Part shown: positions 28,673 through 38,986 of the stretch, piece after piece
Position numbering within the stretch: the first letter of the stretch is position 1
Layout of the letters: every line of letters starts with the position of its first letter
Assembly: GCA_963822145.1 (NCBI GenBank)
Contig: CAWGGG010000004.1
Coordinates: 1,186,832-1,250,831 of the forward strand
Direction: 5' to 3'
Origin: an uncultured Bacteroidales bacterium
GTDB lineage: Bacteria > Bacteroidota > Bacteroidia > Bacteroidales > UBA10428
DNA length: 64,000 bases
Translations under genes and position numbers: made by a program
Notes under the pieces: model-generated
Databases searched by the model: none
Told to the model about the DNA's origin: nothing
What the model saw: only the letters and a program-made list of their open reading frames with translations

Positions 28673-29404
28673 ATGACAGGCAACAAAAGAAAAGTTGAAG
28701 TATGCTTTACACCAGCACTTTATCCCGATTTCAGGAACGATGAGGCTGTTGTGGTGATTGTTGACATTTTGCGAGCCACTTCTGCGATTGTCACTGCCTT
28801 TATGAACGGAGTAAACCGGATTATCCCGGTAGCCACGCTGGAAGAGGCCCTTGTATACAAGCAAAAAGGGTACCTCGTGGCTGCCGAGCGAGATGGAATA
28901 GTACGTGATTTTGCCGATTTCGGCAATTCACCCTACAATTTTAAACGCGAGATTATCGAAGGGAAGGATTTGGTATATTCAACCACAAACGGCACCTATT
29001 GTATTATGCTGGCTAAAAACAGCTACCGTGTATTAATTGGCTCGTATTTGAACCTTGATTCCCTGGTAAATTATATTATGCAGGAGGATCGTGATCTTAT
29101 ACTTCTTTGTGCCGGCTGGAAAAATAAGTTCAATCTGGAAGATTCCCTTTTCGCCGGTGCACTTGCGGAATTAGTGCTGCAGCATGACCGGTATACAACC
29201 CATTGTGATTCTGTTCATGCATCGGTTGATCTCTGGAAACTGGCCCGGAATGATCTGATGAATTATATTGAAAAGGCCGCCCAGAGACACCGGCTAAAAA
29301 AGAATAACCTGGATGATGTGATCGGGTATTGTCATACCCGCAATATGACTGCTGTTATACCGGCTCTTAAAAGCAACTATCTTACCTTGGTGGAACACTT
29401 ATAA
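28673..29404 (+). CDS. 2-phosphosulfolactate phosphatase (ComB) family protein
   Basis: VVIVDILRATSAIVTA and AAERDG motifs typical of the ComB family. Start moved to the ATG at 28673. Confidence 0.7.
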   Translation: MTGNKRKVEVCFTPALYPDFRNDEAVVVIVDILRATSAIVTAFMNGVNRIIPVATLEEALVYKQKGYLVAAERDGIVRDFADFGNSPYNFKREIIEGKDLVYSTTNGTYCIMLAKNSYRVLIGSYLNLDSLVNYIMQEDRDLILLCAGWKNKFNLEDSLFAGALAELVLQHDRYTTHCDSVHASVDLWKLARNDLMNYIEKAAQRHRLKKNNLDDVIGYCHTRNMTAVIPALKSNYLTLVEHL

Positions 29405-29512
29405 GTAACATGAAATCAGAAGATCAACGAATTTTGCCGGTTATCCAAAACCTGTTGGGAAAACCTCAACGCTTTTTTCTGTTAATTTTTTCACACATAA
29501 ATAATATTTTTC

Positions 29513-29520
29513 TAAATTTG
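29513..29520 (+). promoter_or_regulatory. Candidate -7 box (TAAATTTG) for serC
   Basis: TAnnTTTG match 45 nt upstream of the serC ATG. Confidence 0.4.
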
Positions 29521-29564
29521 AAAACCATCAGTTGTTAATTGTTTAACAAATAATATTACCTCCT

Positions 29565-30635
29565 ATGAAAAAATATAATTTTAATCCTGGCCCCTCTGTA
29601 CTGCCTGAGATCACGCTTAGAAATACTGCTGAGGCTGTTTTAAATCTTAATGGCACTGGTCTGTCGATAATGGAAATTTCTCACCGCAGCAAGGATTTTG
29701 AGGCCATTTTAAAGGAAGCTAAAGAGTTGCTTAAAGAACTTCTTGACATTCCTGCAGGATATTCGGTTCTGTTTTTACAGGGAGGTGCAAGTCTTCAGTT
29801 CACGATGATTCCATATAACTTCCTGAACAAAAAGGCCGCTTATCTCGATTCCGGATCATGGGCATCCAAAGCCATCAAGGAAGCTAAATTCTTCGGCGAA
29901 GTTCAGGTCCTGGCCTCCTCCAAGGATCAGAATTACACATTTATACCAAAAAACTATACTATACCGTCTGATGCTGACTATTTTCACATCACCACCAACA
30001 ATACCATTTATGGTACCGCGCTAAAAACTGATATTTCCTCTCCGGTTCCCCTAATTGCCGATGCTTCATCCGATATCCTCAGCAGGCCCATGGACGTGTC
30101 AAAATATGCCCTCATTTATGGCGGCGCACAAAAGAATCTCGGACCTGCCGGTGTTTCTTTTGCCATAATAAAAGACAGCCTGATGGAAAAGGTCACAAAA
30201 CCCGTTCCCACCATGCTGAGTTACAAGATTCATGCTGAGAATGACTCCTTATACAATACACCGCCGTGTGTGGCTATTTATGCCTGTCTGCAAACCCTGA
30301 AATGGTTGAAGGACCTGGGTGGGCTGAAGGCCATCCATAAAGTGAACCTGGACAAGGCAAATCTCCTTTATAACGAGATTGAAAGGAATAAACTGTTCAT
30401 GTCGCCGATTACTGTTGATGAGGACAAATCGATAATGAATGTGGTTTTTGTGTTTAAACCGGAATACAAGGATTTGGAGGAAAAATTCCTTGAATTGGCC
30501 AAGGCCAAAGGTCTAGTCGGCATTAAAGGGCACAGGTCGGTTGGCGGTTTCCGCGCTTCCATTTATAACGCGATGCCTGTGGATGGTGTAAAAGCCCTGG
30601 TGCAGGCGATGAAGGAATTCGAACAGCAGGTGTAG
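29565..30635 (+). CDS. serC: Phosphoserine aminotransferase
   Basis: 356 aa with N-terminal YNFNPGP, HRSKDF and [11 protein letters not shown] (PLP-lysine region). Confidence 0.95.
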   Translation: MKKYNFNPGPSVLPEITLRNTAEAVLNLNGTGLSIMEISHRSKDFEAILKEAKELLKELLDIPAGYSVLFLQGGASLQFTMIPYNFLNKKAAYLDSGSWASKAIKEAKFFGEVQVLASSKDQNYTFIPKNYTIPSDADYFHITTNNTIYGTALKTDISSPVPLIADASSDILSRPMDVSKYALIYGGAQKNLGPAGVSFAIIKDSLMEKVTKPVPTMLSYKIHAENDSLYNTPPCVAIYACLQTLKWLKDLGGLKAIHKVNLDKANLLYNEIERNKLFMSPITVDEDKSIMNVVFVFKPEYKDLEEKFLELAKAKGLVGIKGHRSVGGFRASIYNAMPVDGVKALVQAMKEFEQQV

Positions 30636-30700
30636 GCAGATTGAAATCAAAACGGACAAATAACCCATTCAGATCTCCATAATCATTATAAAATAACATC

Positions 30701-31621
30701 ATGCAAACCATACTTATCGCCACCGATAAACCATTTGCCAAAGTTGCCGTGAAGGGTATGAGAGAGATCGCAGAAAATGCCGGTTTTGAAATTAAACTCC
30801 TGGAAAAATATACCAGCAAGGAACAACTCCTGGAGGCAGTAAAGGATGTTGATGCTGTTATAGTCCGCAGCGACATTATTGATGAGGAGGTTATTAAAGC
30901 CGCAGGCAAATTGAAAATTGCTGTGCGTGCCGGAGCCGGTTATGACAATATTGATCTGAAGGCTGCATCTGATAAAGGTATTGTTGTGATGAACACACCC
31001 GGACAAAATGCCAACGCTGTGGCCGAACTTGCCTTTGGAATGATGATTTACCTGAACAGGAATTTTTACAATGGAAGTTCGGGTGTTGAACTCCGCGGAA
31101 AAACCCTTGGTATCCATGCATACGGTAATATAGGCCGGATCGTGGGCATGATAGCAAAGGGCATGGGCATGGATGTGTACGCTTTTGATCCTTACCGTGA
31201 TAAAATTGTCATTGAAAATGACGGTATCAAATACGTTGCTGATGTGAAAGATCTTTACAGAAAATGCCAATACATATCAGTTAACCTGCCAGCAAACAAG
31301 GAAACGAAGGAATCCCTGAATTTCGAGCTGCTGAACCAGATGCCGGAAGGCGCTACCCTGGTGAATACCGCCCGGAAGGAAATTGTACACGAGCCGTCAC
31401 TTTTGAAAATGTATGCTGAAAGGAAGGATTTCCGGTATGTTACTGATGTGGCTCCGGACTGCGAGGCACAGATCAAAACCGATTATGCGGCACGCTACTA
31501 TGGTACGATTAAAAAGCAAGGTGCTCAAACAGAAGAAGCCAATATCAATGCAGGTTTGGCAGCTGCCAAACAGATAGTAAATTTTCTCACCAGGGGCGAT
31601 AAAACCTACCAGGTGAATTGA
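30701..31621 (+). CDS. serA: D-3-phosphoglycerate dehydrogenase (short form, no ACT domain)
   Basis: D-2-hydroxyacid dehydrogenase fold with the NAD-binding motif GIHAYGNIGRIVG. Sits directly downstream of serC. Confidence 0.85.
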   Translation: MQTILIATDKPFAKVAVKGMREIAENAGFEIKLLEKYTSKEQLLEAVKDVDAVIVRSDIIDEEVIKAAGKLKIAVRAGAGYDNIDLKAASDKGIVVMNTPGQNANAVAELAFGMMIYLNRNFYNGSSGVELRGKTLGIHAYGNIGRIVGMIAKGMGMDVYAFDPYRDKIVIENDGIKYVADVKDLYRKCQYISVNLPANKETKESLNFELLNQMPEGATLVNTARKEIVHEPSLLKMYAERKDFRYVTDVAPDCEAQIKTDYAARYYGTIKKQGAQTEEANINAGLAAAKQIVNFLTRGDKTYQVN

Positions 31622-31651
31622 TAATGCGTTTTACTTTTAAATAATGAAGTT

Positions 31652-31691
31652 GAGACCCCGCTGAAAAGACGGGGTCTCTACGTATTTTTTT
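31652..31691 (+). terminator. Rho-independent terminator after serA
   Basis: 9-bp perfect stem GAGACCCCG / CGGGGTCTC with a 9-nt loop, then a T7 run. Confidence 0.75.
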
Positions 31692-31693
31692 AT

Positions 31694-31701
31694 TACATTT
31701 G
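31694..31701 (+). promoter_or_regulatory. Candidate -7 box (TACATTTG) for the DUF1015 gene
   Basis: TAnnTTTG match 43 nt upstream of the ATG at 31744, directly after the serA terminator. Confidence 0.4.
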
Positions 31702-31743
31702 TAAAAACCAAACCTTCATTTATTAACCCAGTTCTTATAGACT

Positions 31744-32991
31744 ATGGCTATAGTAAAAGCATTCCAGGGATTCCGTCCGCAGGGGGACCTTGCTGCAAAA
31801 ATCGCTAGCAGACCTTACGATGTTCTGTCATCCGAAGAGGCATTTGCTGAAGCAAAGGGTAATCCATATTCTTTCTACCACATCATTAAATCTGAAATTG
31901 ATCTGCCGCCGGAAACCGATCATTATTCTCCGGCAGTTTATGAGAAAGCCCGCACTAACCTGCAGCATTTTATAGACAATAAGATTCTCCTTCAGGATAA
32001 AGTGCCCTGTTTTTACATCTACGCCCAAACCATGTGGGGAAGAACACAGTACGGTTTAGTAGCCACTGCCTCTGTGACTGATTACAACAACAATATTATC
32101 CGCAAACATGAACTGACCCGGGTTGAAAAAGAGGAAGACCGTAAAACACACATCCGGACCACCAATTTTAATTGTGAACCTGTTTTTTTTGCCTACCCCG
32201 ATCACGAGGAAATCAACCGACTGATCAGTAATTATATAGAAGAAAAACCGGAATATGACTTTAAAACTGACGATGGGATTCACCATCAGTTATGGGTGAT
32301 CAGTGATCAACATACCATCAGACGGATTGAATCCATTTTTAAGAACGAAATTCCTTTCACCTATATAGCTGATGGTCACCACCGGACTGCAGCAGCTGCC
32401 CATGTTGGTGAAGAAAAGAAGCTCAGCAATCCTCATCATAAAGGCACTGAAGAGTATAATTATTTCCTGGCGGTTCACTTTCCGGCAAGTCAGCTTTCCA
32501 TTTTTGATTACAACCGTGTGGTAACGGATCTGAACAATAATACAACTGAGGAATTCCTGCTCCGGCTTGAAGAAACTTTTATGATCATACCAAAAAGTAA
32601 TCACGAATATCGCCCTTCACATCCCCACGAGTTTTCCATGTACATGAACGGCAAGTGGTATGCACTGGAAGCAAAGGCCGGCACATACAACGATAATGAT
32701 CCCATTGACTGCCTGGATGTAACCCTTTTATCACGCCATGTTTTGGATGCTATACTTGGCATTAAGGATCTGAGAAAATCCAAGCGCATCGACTTTGTTG
32801 GTGGTATCCGCGGGCTGGGTGAATTGAAGCGTCGTGTTGACAGTGGCGAAATGGCTGCAGCCTTTGCTTTGTACCCGGTAACCATGGACCAGTTGATCCG
32901 AATCGCTGATACCGGCAACATCATGCCCCCAAAAACCACATGGTTTGAACCCAAACTCAGGAGCGGGCTTGTACTGCACAGTCTGGATTAA
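31744..32991 (+). CDS. DUF1015-family protein
   Basis: 415 aa with a YIADGHHR motif. Its position after serC-serA is as remembered for this family in Bacteroidota. Confidence 0.8.
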   Translation: MAIVKAFQGFRPQGDLAAKIASRPYDVLSSEEAFAEAKGNPYSFYHIIKSEIDLPPETDHYSPAVYEKARTNLQHFIDNKILLQDKVPCFYIYAQTMWGRTQYGLVATASVTDYNNNIIRKHELTRVEKEEDRKTHIRTTNFNCEPVFFAYPDHEEINRLISNYIEEKPEYDFKTDDGIHHQLWVISDQHTIRRIESIFKNEIPFTYIADGHHRTAAAAHVGEEKKLSNPHHKGTEEYNYFLAVHFPASQLSIFDYNRVVTDLNNNTTEEFLLRLEETFMIIPKSNHEYRPSHPHEFSMYMNGKWYALEAKAGTYNDNDPIDCLDVTLLSRHVLDAILGIKDLRKSKRIDFVGGIRGLGELKRRVDSGEMAAAFALYPVTMDQLIRIADTGNIMPPKTTWFEPKLRSGLVLHSLD

Positions 32992-32995
32992 ATAT

Positions 32996-33022
32996 AAGAC
33001 CCCGCCTGAAAAGCGGGGTCTT
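32996..33022 (+). terminator. Stem-loop after the DUF1015 gene (near-copy of the 31652 hairpin)
   Basis: 10-bp perfect stem AAGACCCCGC / GCGGGGTCTT with loop CTGAAAA. The T-tract is weak (TTGTCTT). Confidence 0.5.
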
Positions 33023-33210
33023 GTCTTCCATGCAATCCCTTTGAAATAATTGAAAACAATTATTTTCTGATATTTCCTGATACTTTCCCCCGGTATTAGT
33101 CAATCAGAATTCTTAATAGGGATCTCTTGACCTTTTCAAAATTAAATAATCCGTTCGGCAACCCGTTTTAAAAAAGTCATTAATTAGCATAAAATCACCG
33201 CAATCGTTTC

Positions 33211-33224
33211 CGCAAACGTTTGCG
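33211..33224. promoter_or_regulatory. LacI-family operator candidate (perfect palindrome CGCAAACGTTTGCG)
   Basis: 14-bp perfect palindrome with the CAAACGTTTG core typical of LacI/GalR operators, 69 nt upstream of the LacI-family gene. A half-site-like GCAATCGTTT lies immediately upstream. Confidence 0.55.
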
Positions 33225-33292
33225 ATAATGATTGCCATTCATTTTTTTTTCTTATTATTACATATTGAAACGCCTTACCTGACTTTATACAC

Positions 33293-34327
33293 ATGATTAT
33301 CCACCGCATCACCATCAAAGACATTGCCCGGGAACTGGGTGTTTCCATTTCCACAGTATCTCGGGCCCTGAAAAATCACCCCGACATAAGTCCCCATACC
33401 AAAAAACTGGTAAATGACCTGGTTGAAAAAAGGAAGTACAAACCAAACGCCATTGCGCTTAGCCTTCGGAATCGCCGTACCAATATAATCAGTGTTATCA
33501 TTCCTGAAATTGTACATCATTTTTTCTCTTCGGTAATTTCAGGCATTGATGAAGCCGCTGTTTCATCGGGATATAATGTCATGTTCTTTCAGTCGAACGA
33601 AAACTATGACCGTGAAGTCAGGAGTATCCAGTCCATACTCCAGAGCCGGGCTGATGGTGTGCTGATATCGGTAGCAAAAGGAAGTAAGAAATTCAACCAC
33701 ATCAGGCAATTGCTTGACAATAAAATACCAGTGGTATTATTCGATCGTTCCATAGAGGAAATGGATATCGATAAAGTCATTGTGGACGATTTTGATGCCG
33801 CCTTTAATGCAGTTGATTACCTTATCAAAACAGGTTGCAGGCGAATTGCCCATTATTATGGCCCCCAGCACCTGTCGATTTCATATTTGCGCAAAAGGGG
33901 TTATATATCGGCACTAGAAAAAAACGGACTTCGCGTGGATGATGAACTAATTGTTCCCTGCGACTCTTATGAAGGTGCCCTGAAGGTCACGCGGATGCTG
34001 ATGAGCCGTTCAAAGCCACCTGATGCCATATTTACCGTTAACGACATGACAGGCGTTGGCACCCTGAATACTCTAAAATCCATGGGATTTAAGGTTCCTG
34101 AGGATGTCTCCATTGTTGGATTCACCGACGGTCTGGTTTCCTCTGTTACTGATCCTTTGCTTACTACTGTGAGCCAGCATGGGTTCGAAATTGGCAGGAA
34201 GGCAGCTGAAATTCTGATCAGGCGTATCCTTGAACAAAATGAAAATCCAAAACCCATAACCGAGATTGTTAGAACCGAACTTGTGATCAGGAATTCCACA
34301 CGGAAGCTCCAGGAACAGGAATATTGA
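33293..34327 (+). CDS. LacI-family transcriptional regulator (maltose-locus regulator)
   Basis: N-terminal HTH IKDIARELGVSISTVSRALKN plus a periplasmic-binding-protein-like sugar-binding core. 344 aa. Confidence 0.9.
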   Translation: MIIHRITIKDIARELGVSISTVSRALKNHPDISPHTKKLVNDLVEKRKYKPNAIALSLRNRRTNIISVIIPEIVHHFFSSVISGIDEAAVSSGYNVMFFQSNENYDREVRSIQSILQSRADGVLISVAKGSKKFNHIRQLLDNKIPVVLFDRSIEEMDIDKVIVDDFDAAFNAVDYLIKTGCRRIAHYYGPQHLSISYLRKRGYISALEKNGLRVDDELIVPCDSYEGALKVTRMLMSRSKPPDAIFTVNDMTGVGTLNTLKSMGFKVPEDVSIVGFTDGLVSSVTDPLLTTVSQHGFEIGRKAAEILIRRILEQNENPKPITEIVRTELVIRNSTRKLQEQEY

Positions 34328-34494
34328 CGATTCCTGAAAAATTCATCTCCCATTAGGTTGAAAAATGTATTCTTTAGTTTACTTTTGGGTTCTGGTCTTC
34401 CCCGGTAAAAGCAATCTATAGCCGATCTCTGTTGCTGCCTTCTGCAGACAGAGGTTTTCGTTTTAATAAGCCTCTACATTTTTAATTACTTGAT

Positions 34495-36003
34495 ATGAAA
34501 AAACCTAAATTAAGTTTTTGGCAGATCTGGAATATGAGTTTTGGATTTTTAGGGATCCAATTCGGTTTTGGACTTCAGAACGCCAATGTCAGCAGGATAT
34601 TCCAGACACTCGGTGCCGACATCGATCAGATTCCCATTCTTTGGATTGCTGCACCAGTGACTGGCTTGATCATGCAACCCATCATTGGACACTTGAGTGA
34701 CAACACGTGGGGAAGACTAGGCAGGCGAAGGCCGTATTTTCTGATCGGTGCCATTCTGGCGTCCCTGGCCCTGATTATGATGCCCAACTCTCCCGCCCTG
34801 TGGATTGCTGCCGGTACCCTCTGGATCATGGATGCGTCTATCAATATTTCCATGGAACCCTTCCGGGCATTTGTAGGGGATATGCTGCCAGATGAACAGC
34901 GCACCATTGGATTTACCATGCAGAGCTTTTTTATTGGCATCGGTGCCTTTGTCGCTTCCTGGCTGCCCTACATTATGGCCAACTGGTTAAATATTCCCAA
35001 TACTGCACCTGCGGGACAGCTCCCACCAACGGTTATTTACTCCTTCTATCTGGGCGGAGCAGTCTTTTTGTCTGCAGTTATATGGACCGTAGTATCTTCC
35101 CGGGAATATTCACCGGAAGAAATGCAGCAGTTTGAAAAGAAGGCCGATAAATCAGCGCGGACTGTTGAAAGTGTTGAGCCGGCATCTCACTATTTAAGAA
35201 AAGGAATAATCTGGCTCATTGTCGGGTTTGTCCTGGCCTTCCCCGTTTTGCAGTTTGACCTGGAAAAGGAATTGTACATTCTTTCAGGCGGAATGGCCTT
35301 ATTCGGTCTTTTACAGATACTCTCCGCGGTGCTGATCAGCAATAACCGGAGCAATAGCGGACTTGTGAGCGTTATTACCGATTTGTACAGGATGCCCAAA
35401 ACCATGGCCCAGTTGGCCGTGGTACAGTTTTTTTCCTGGTTTGCCCTTTTTTCCATGTGGATATACACCACTCCGGCGGTTACTGAAAATCTCTACAAGA
35501 CCACCGATACTGCCTCGGCTGCCTACAATGAGGGTGCAAACTGGGTTGGTGGCATGTTTGGCTGGTATAATCTCTTTGCTGCTTTCTTCAGTCTGGCCGT
35601 TCTGCCCTGGCTGGCAAGAGCTACAAACAGAAAAACCACCCATATCATAGCTTTAATAACAGGCGGACTTGGTCTTATATCTGTTTATTTTCTTACTGAT
35701 CCTCACCAGATGGTGTTTTCAATGCTGGGCATCGGACTTGCCTGGGCCAGTATCCTGGCCATGCCTTATGCAATCCTGACCGGTGCCCTCCCCCAGTCTA
35801 AGATGGGCGTCTATATGGGGATTTTCAATTTCTTTATCGTCATTCCCCAGATACTTGCGGCCACCTTACTGGGATTCATGGTGAAAGTCCTGTTTCACGG
35901 GCATAGTATCTTTGCCTTGATTACCGGGGGGATATCCATGATAGTGGCTGCAGTCTGTGTATTGTTTGTTAATGATTACAAGTATAATTCTGATGATAAT
36001 TAA
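34495..36003 (+). CDS. GPH/SLC45-type MFS sugar transporter (probable maltose/maltodextrin:H+ symporter)
   Basis: 502 aa, 12 TM helices, signature GHLSDNTWGRLGRRRPY. Located between the LacI regulator and pgmB/GH65. Confidence 0.85.
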   Translation: MKKPKLSFWQIWNMSFGFLGIQFGFGLQNANVSRIFQTLGADIDQIPILWIAAPVTGLIMQPIIGHLSDNTWGRLGRRRPYFLIGAILASLALIMMPNSPALWIAAGTLWIMDASINISMEPFRAFVGDMLPDEQRTIGFTMQSFFIGIGAFVASWLPYIMANWLNIPNTAPAGQLPPTVIYSFYLGGAVFLSAVIWTVVSSREYSPEEMQQFEKKADKSARTVESVEPASHYLRKGIIWLIVGFVLAFPVLQFDLEKELYILSGGMALFGLLQILSAVLISNNRSNSGLVSVITDLYRMPKTMAQLAVVQFFSWFALFSMWIYTTPAVTENLYKTTDTASAAYNEGANWVGGMFGWYNLFAAFFSLAVLPWLARATNRKTTHIIALITGGLGLISVYFLTDPHQMVFSMLGIGLAWASILAMPYAILTGALPQSKMGVYMGIFNFFIVIPQILAATLLGFMVKVLFHGHSIFALITGGISMIVAAVCVLFVNDYKYNSDDN

Positions 36004-36640
36004 AGCTTGTTTATTTGATTTGGACGGCGTGGTAGTGGATACGGCTCATTTCCATTTTCTTGCCTGGAGAAACCTCGCAGAGAAACTTGGATTTGAATTT
36101 ACGGAACACGATAATGAGAGACTCAAGGGGGTGAGCAGAATGGACTCGCTGGCCATTCTGCTTGAAATCGGGAAGGTTTCACTCTCCGATCCTGAAAAAA
36201 TTCGGCTTGCAGAGCAAAAGAACCAACTCTATCTGCAATACATCCGGAATATGACTCCGGATGATGTATTACCCGGAGTTAAAACGTTCCTGTCAGAATT
36301 AAAGGAATCTGGCATATTGCTGGGTATTGGTTCAGCCAGTAAAAATGCCCGCACCATCCTGGAAAGCATTGATCTGGTGACAAAATTTGATGTTATTGTT
36401 GATGGCAACCTGATCAGCCAGGCAAAACCACATCCGGAAGTATTTGCACTGGGTGCAAAAATGCTGCGGGTGGATCCCTCACACTGTGTCGTTTTTGAGG
36501 ATGCCATTGCCGGAATCCAGGCTGCCCATAATGCTGGTATGAAATGTATCGGTGTGGGTGCAGCCGGGATATTATATGAAGCTGATCTGGTGATTCCGGG
36601 ATTCCGGGATCTTAAGCTGTCTGACATTGAATTTAACTAA
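35993..36640 (+). CDS. pgmB: Beta-phosphoglucomutase
   Basis: HAD motif I LFDLDGVVVDTA, then GIGSASKN and EDAIAGIQAA. The ATG at 35993 overlaps the transporter stop. Confidence 0.9.
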   Translation: MIIKACLFDLDGVVVDTAHFHFLAWRNLAEKLGFEFTEHDNERLKGVSRMDSLAILLEIGKVSLSDPEKIRLAEQKNQLYLQYIRNMTPDDVLPGVKTFLSELKESGILLGIGSASKNARTILESIDLVTKFDVIVDGNLISQAKPHPEVFALGAKMLRVDPSHCVVFEDAIAGIQAAHNAGMKCIGVGAAGILYEADLVIPGFRDLKLSDIEFN

Positions 36641-36687
36641 TCCCTAAATAAATTTCTTGAATTTCATTTCTTGATGAGGTGTCGCTT

Positions 36688-38985
36688 ATGAAAAACTACT
36701 ATGTTATTGATGCGTGGAGCGTGATTGAAGAGGGCTTTAACCCGGGCATGCAGGAAGCATCAGAGAGCATATTCAGCCTGGGGAATGGCCATATGGGACA
36801 GCGGGCTAATTTTGAAGAAAAATACTCGGGAGAAACCCTTCAGGGCAATTATATAGCCGGAATATATTACCCCGATAAAACACGCGTGGGTTGGTGGAAG
36901 AACGGCTACCCCGAATACTTTGCGAAAGTACTTAATGCTCCCAACTGGATAGGGATTGCAGTGTTTGCCGGAGAAGAAGAGCTGGACCTTCATACCTGTG
37001 AAATAAAATCATTCCGTCGCGAACTGAATATGAAACAGGGTTACCTGGAACGTTCGTTTGTTGCCGCGTTTAAATCCGGAAAGCAGCTTCAGGTCACCAG
37101 CCGAAGGTTTCTGAGCATTGCTGAGGATGAAATCGGGGCCATCCGCTATGCCGTGAAACCCCTGAATTTTAGCGGGACTTTGCGTTTGACCCCCTTTATC
37201 GATGGTAATGTGGTAAACCGAGATGCCAACTATGATGAGCGTTTTTGGGAGAACCCGGAAACTGGCGTTAATGATGGCATTGCCTACCTTCGGACCCGTA
37301 CCCGAAAATCAGGCTTTGAGGTATGCTTCTCTATGGCCTGCGAGGTTGAAGTGAACGGGACCCTCAGGAATATACCTTCCCGCCTGGTTCAACATCCCGG
37401 TTATATCGGTTTCGATATGGAGATCAAGGCGTCGGCTTCAGATGAGGTTATCCTTTATAAATACGTGTCTGTGCTGGATTCATTGAACTACACTTCAGAT
37501 AATTTGATATCAAAAGGCAGGCAAACAGCAGCAAAGGCAATTCAAAAAAGGTTCAGTTTTCTGATGGATGCTCATATTGCCAGATGGGAAGAAAGCTGGT
37601 CGGGCAGCGATATCATTATCAAAGGAGATCCAGCTGCACAGCAAGGTATCCGTTTTAATATCTTTCAGCTTAACCAAACCTATACCGGTCGGGATGAACG
37701 GCTGAATATCGGGCCAAAGGGATTCACTGGTGAAAAATACGGCGGCAGTACGTATTGGGATACCGAAGCCTTCCTCTTGCAGTTCTACCTGAGTACCGAG
37801 CCTGAAAATGTCGCACGTAATCTGTTGATATACAGATATAAGCACTTACCCAAAGCCATCGAAAATGCCGCCAAGCTGGGTTTTGGTCAGGGTGCAGCCC
37901 TCTATCCCATGGTTACCATGAATGGAGAGGAATGTCACAATGAATGGGAAATTACTTTTGAGGAGATACACCGCAACGGTGCGATTGCCTATGCGATCTA
38001 TAACTATGTTAAATACACAGGTGAAACAGCCTATCTTGCCGAATATGGTCTTGAGGTCCTTATCGCTTTATCAAGGTTCTGGCGGCAACGCGTGAACTGG
38101 TCCGAAGAAAAAAAACAATATGTAATGCTCGGCGTAACAGGTCCCAATGAGTATGAAAACAACGTTAACAACAACTGGTATACCAATAAAATAGCCGTCT
38201 GGACCCTTAGTTACACAATGGAATCTCTTGATTATGTGAAACGGGAACATCCGGTGTTATACGACCGCGTCCTGGAAAAGACATCTTTTGCTTTTGATAA
38301 GGAAACGACAGACTGGCAGGCAATCATTAAAAACATGTATTTCCCTCAGTTGGAAGATAAAGGCATTTTTCTGCAGCAGGACAATTTTATGGATAAGGAA
38401 CAACGGTTGGTTTCCGATCTGGATCCTTCTGAAAGGCCTATCAACCAGCACTGGTCATGGGATCGCATACTCCGGTCGGTTTTTTTAAAGCAGGCTGATG
38501 TGCTCCAGGGTCTTTTCTTTTTTGAACACGAGTATACCACTGATACCATACGGCGGAATTTTGAGTTCTATGAACCCAGGACTGTGCATGAATCATCCCT
38601 TTCTCCCTGTGTTCATTCCATATTGGCCAGCCGGATCGGAGATGTGGAAAAAGCCTACGAACTGTATCTGAGAACTTCCCGGCTCGATCTCGACGACTAT
38701 AACAATGAGGTTGATGAAGGCTTGCACATTACCAGTATGGGTGGCACCTGGATGTCAATTGTACTGGGATTCGGGGGTCTGAGGGTGAAAGATGGCATGC
38801 TGAGATTCAACACCAACCTGCCCGGGAATTGGGACTATTTATCTTTCAGCATAAATTTCCGGGGCAGAATCCTGAACATCGGCATCAGCCGTGAGGAAAC
38901 CAAAGTCAGTCTCATTAAAGGAGATGCCTTACAGGTGGAAGTAAACAGAAAGATCATCAATTGCCAACCCGAAAAACAACCTTAA
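36688..38985 (+). CDS. Maltose phosphorylase (glycoside hydrolase family 65)
   Basis: About 765 aa with the GH65 catalytic-region pattern (..GEKYGGSTYWDTE.., ..HITSMGGTWM..). Adjacent to pgmB, the classic phosphorolytic maltose pair. Confidence 0.9.
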   Translation: MKNYYVIDAWSVIEEGFNPGMQEASESIFSLGNGHMGQRANFEEKYSGETLQGNYIAGIYYPDKTRVGWWKNGYPEYFAKVLNAPNWIGIAVFAGEEELDLHTCEIKSFRRELNMKQGYLERSFVAAFKSGKQLQVTSRRFLSIAEDEIGAIRYAVKPLNFSGTLRLTPFIDGNVVNRDANYDERFWENPETGVNDGIAYLRTRTRKSGFEVCFSMACEVEVNGTLRNIPSRLVQHPGYIGFDMEIKASASDEVILYKYVSVLDSLNYTSDNLISKGRQTAAKAIQKRFSFLMDAHIARWEESWSGSDIIIKGDPAAQQGIRFNIFQLNQTYTGRDERLNIGPKGFTGEKYGGSTYWDTEAFLLQFYLSTEPENVARNLLIYRYKHLPKAIENAAKLGFGQGAALYPMVTMNGEECHNEWEITFEEIHRNGAIAYAIYNYVKYTGETAYLAEYGLEVLIALSRFWRQRVNWSEEKKQYVMLGVTGPNEYENNVNNNWYTNKIAVWTLSYTMESLDYVKREHPVLYDRVLEKTSFAFDKETTDWQAIIKNMYFPQLEDKGIFLQQDNFMDKEQRLVSDLDPSERPINQHWSWDRILRSVFLKQADVLQGLFFFEHEYTTDTIRRNFEFYEPRTVHESSLSPCVHSILASRIGDVEKAYELYLRTSRLDLDDYNNEVDEGLHITSMGGTWMSIVLGFGGLRVKDGMLRFNTNLPGNWDYLSFSINFRGRILNIGISREETKVSLIKGDALQVEVNRKIINCQPEKQP

Positions 38986-38986
38986 T

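Noticed and set aside
30686-31270. 194-aa minus-strand ORF inside serA
   Set aside because: Antisense to a gene with a clear NAD-binding dehydrogenase signature, and no motif of its own.
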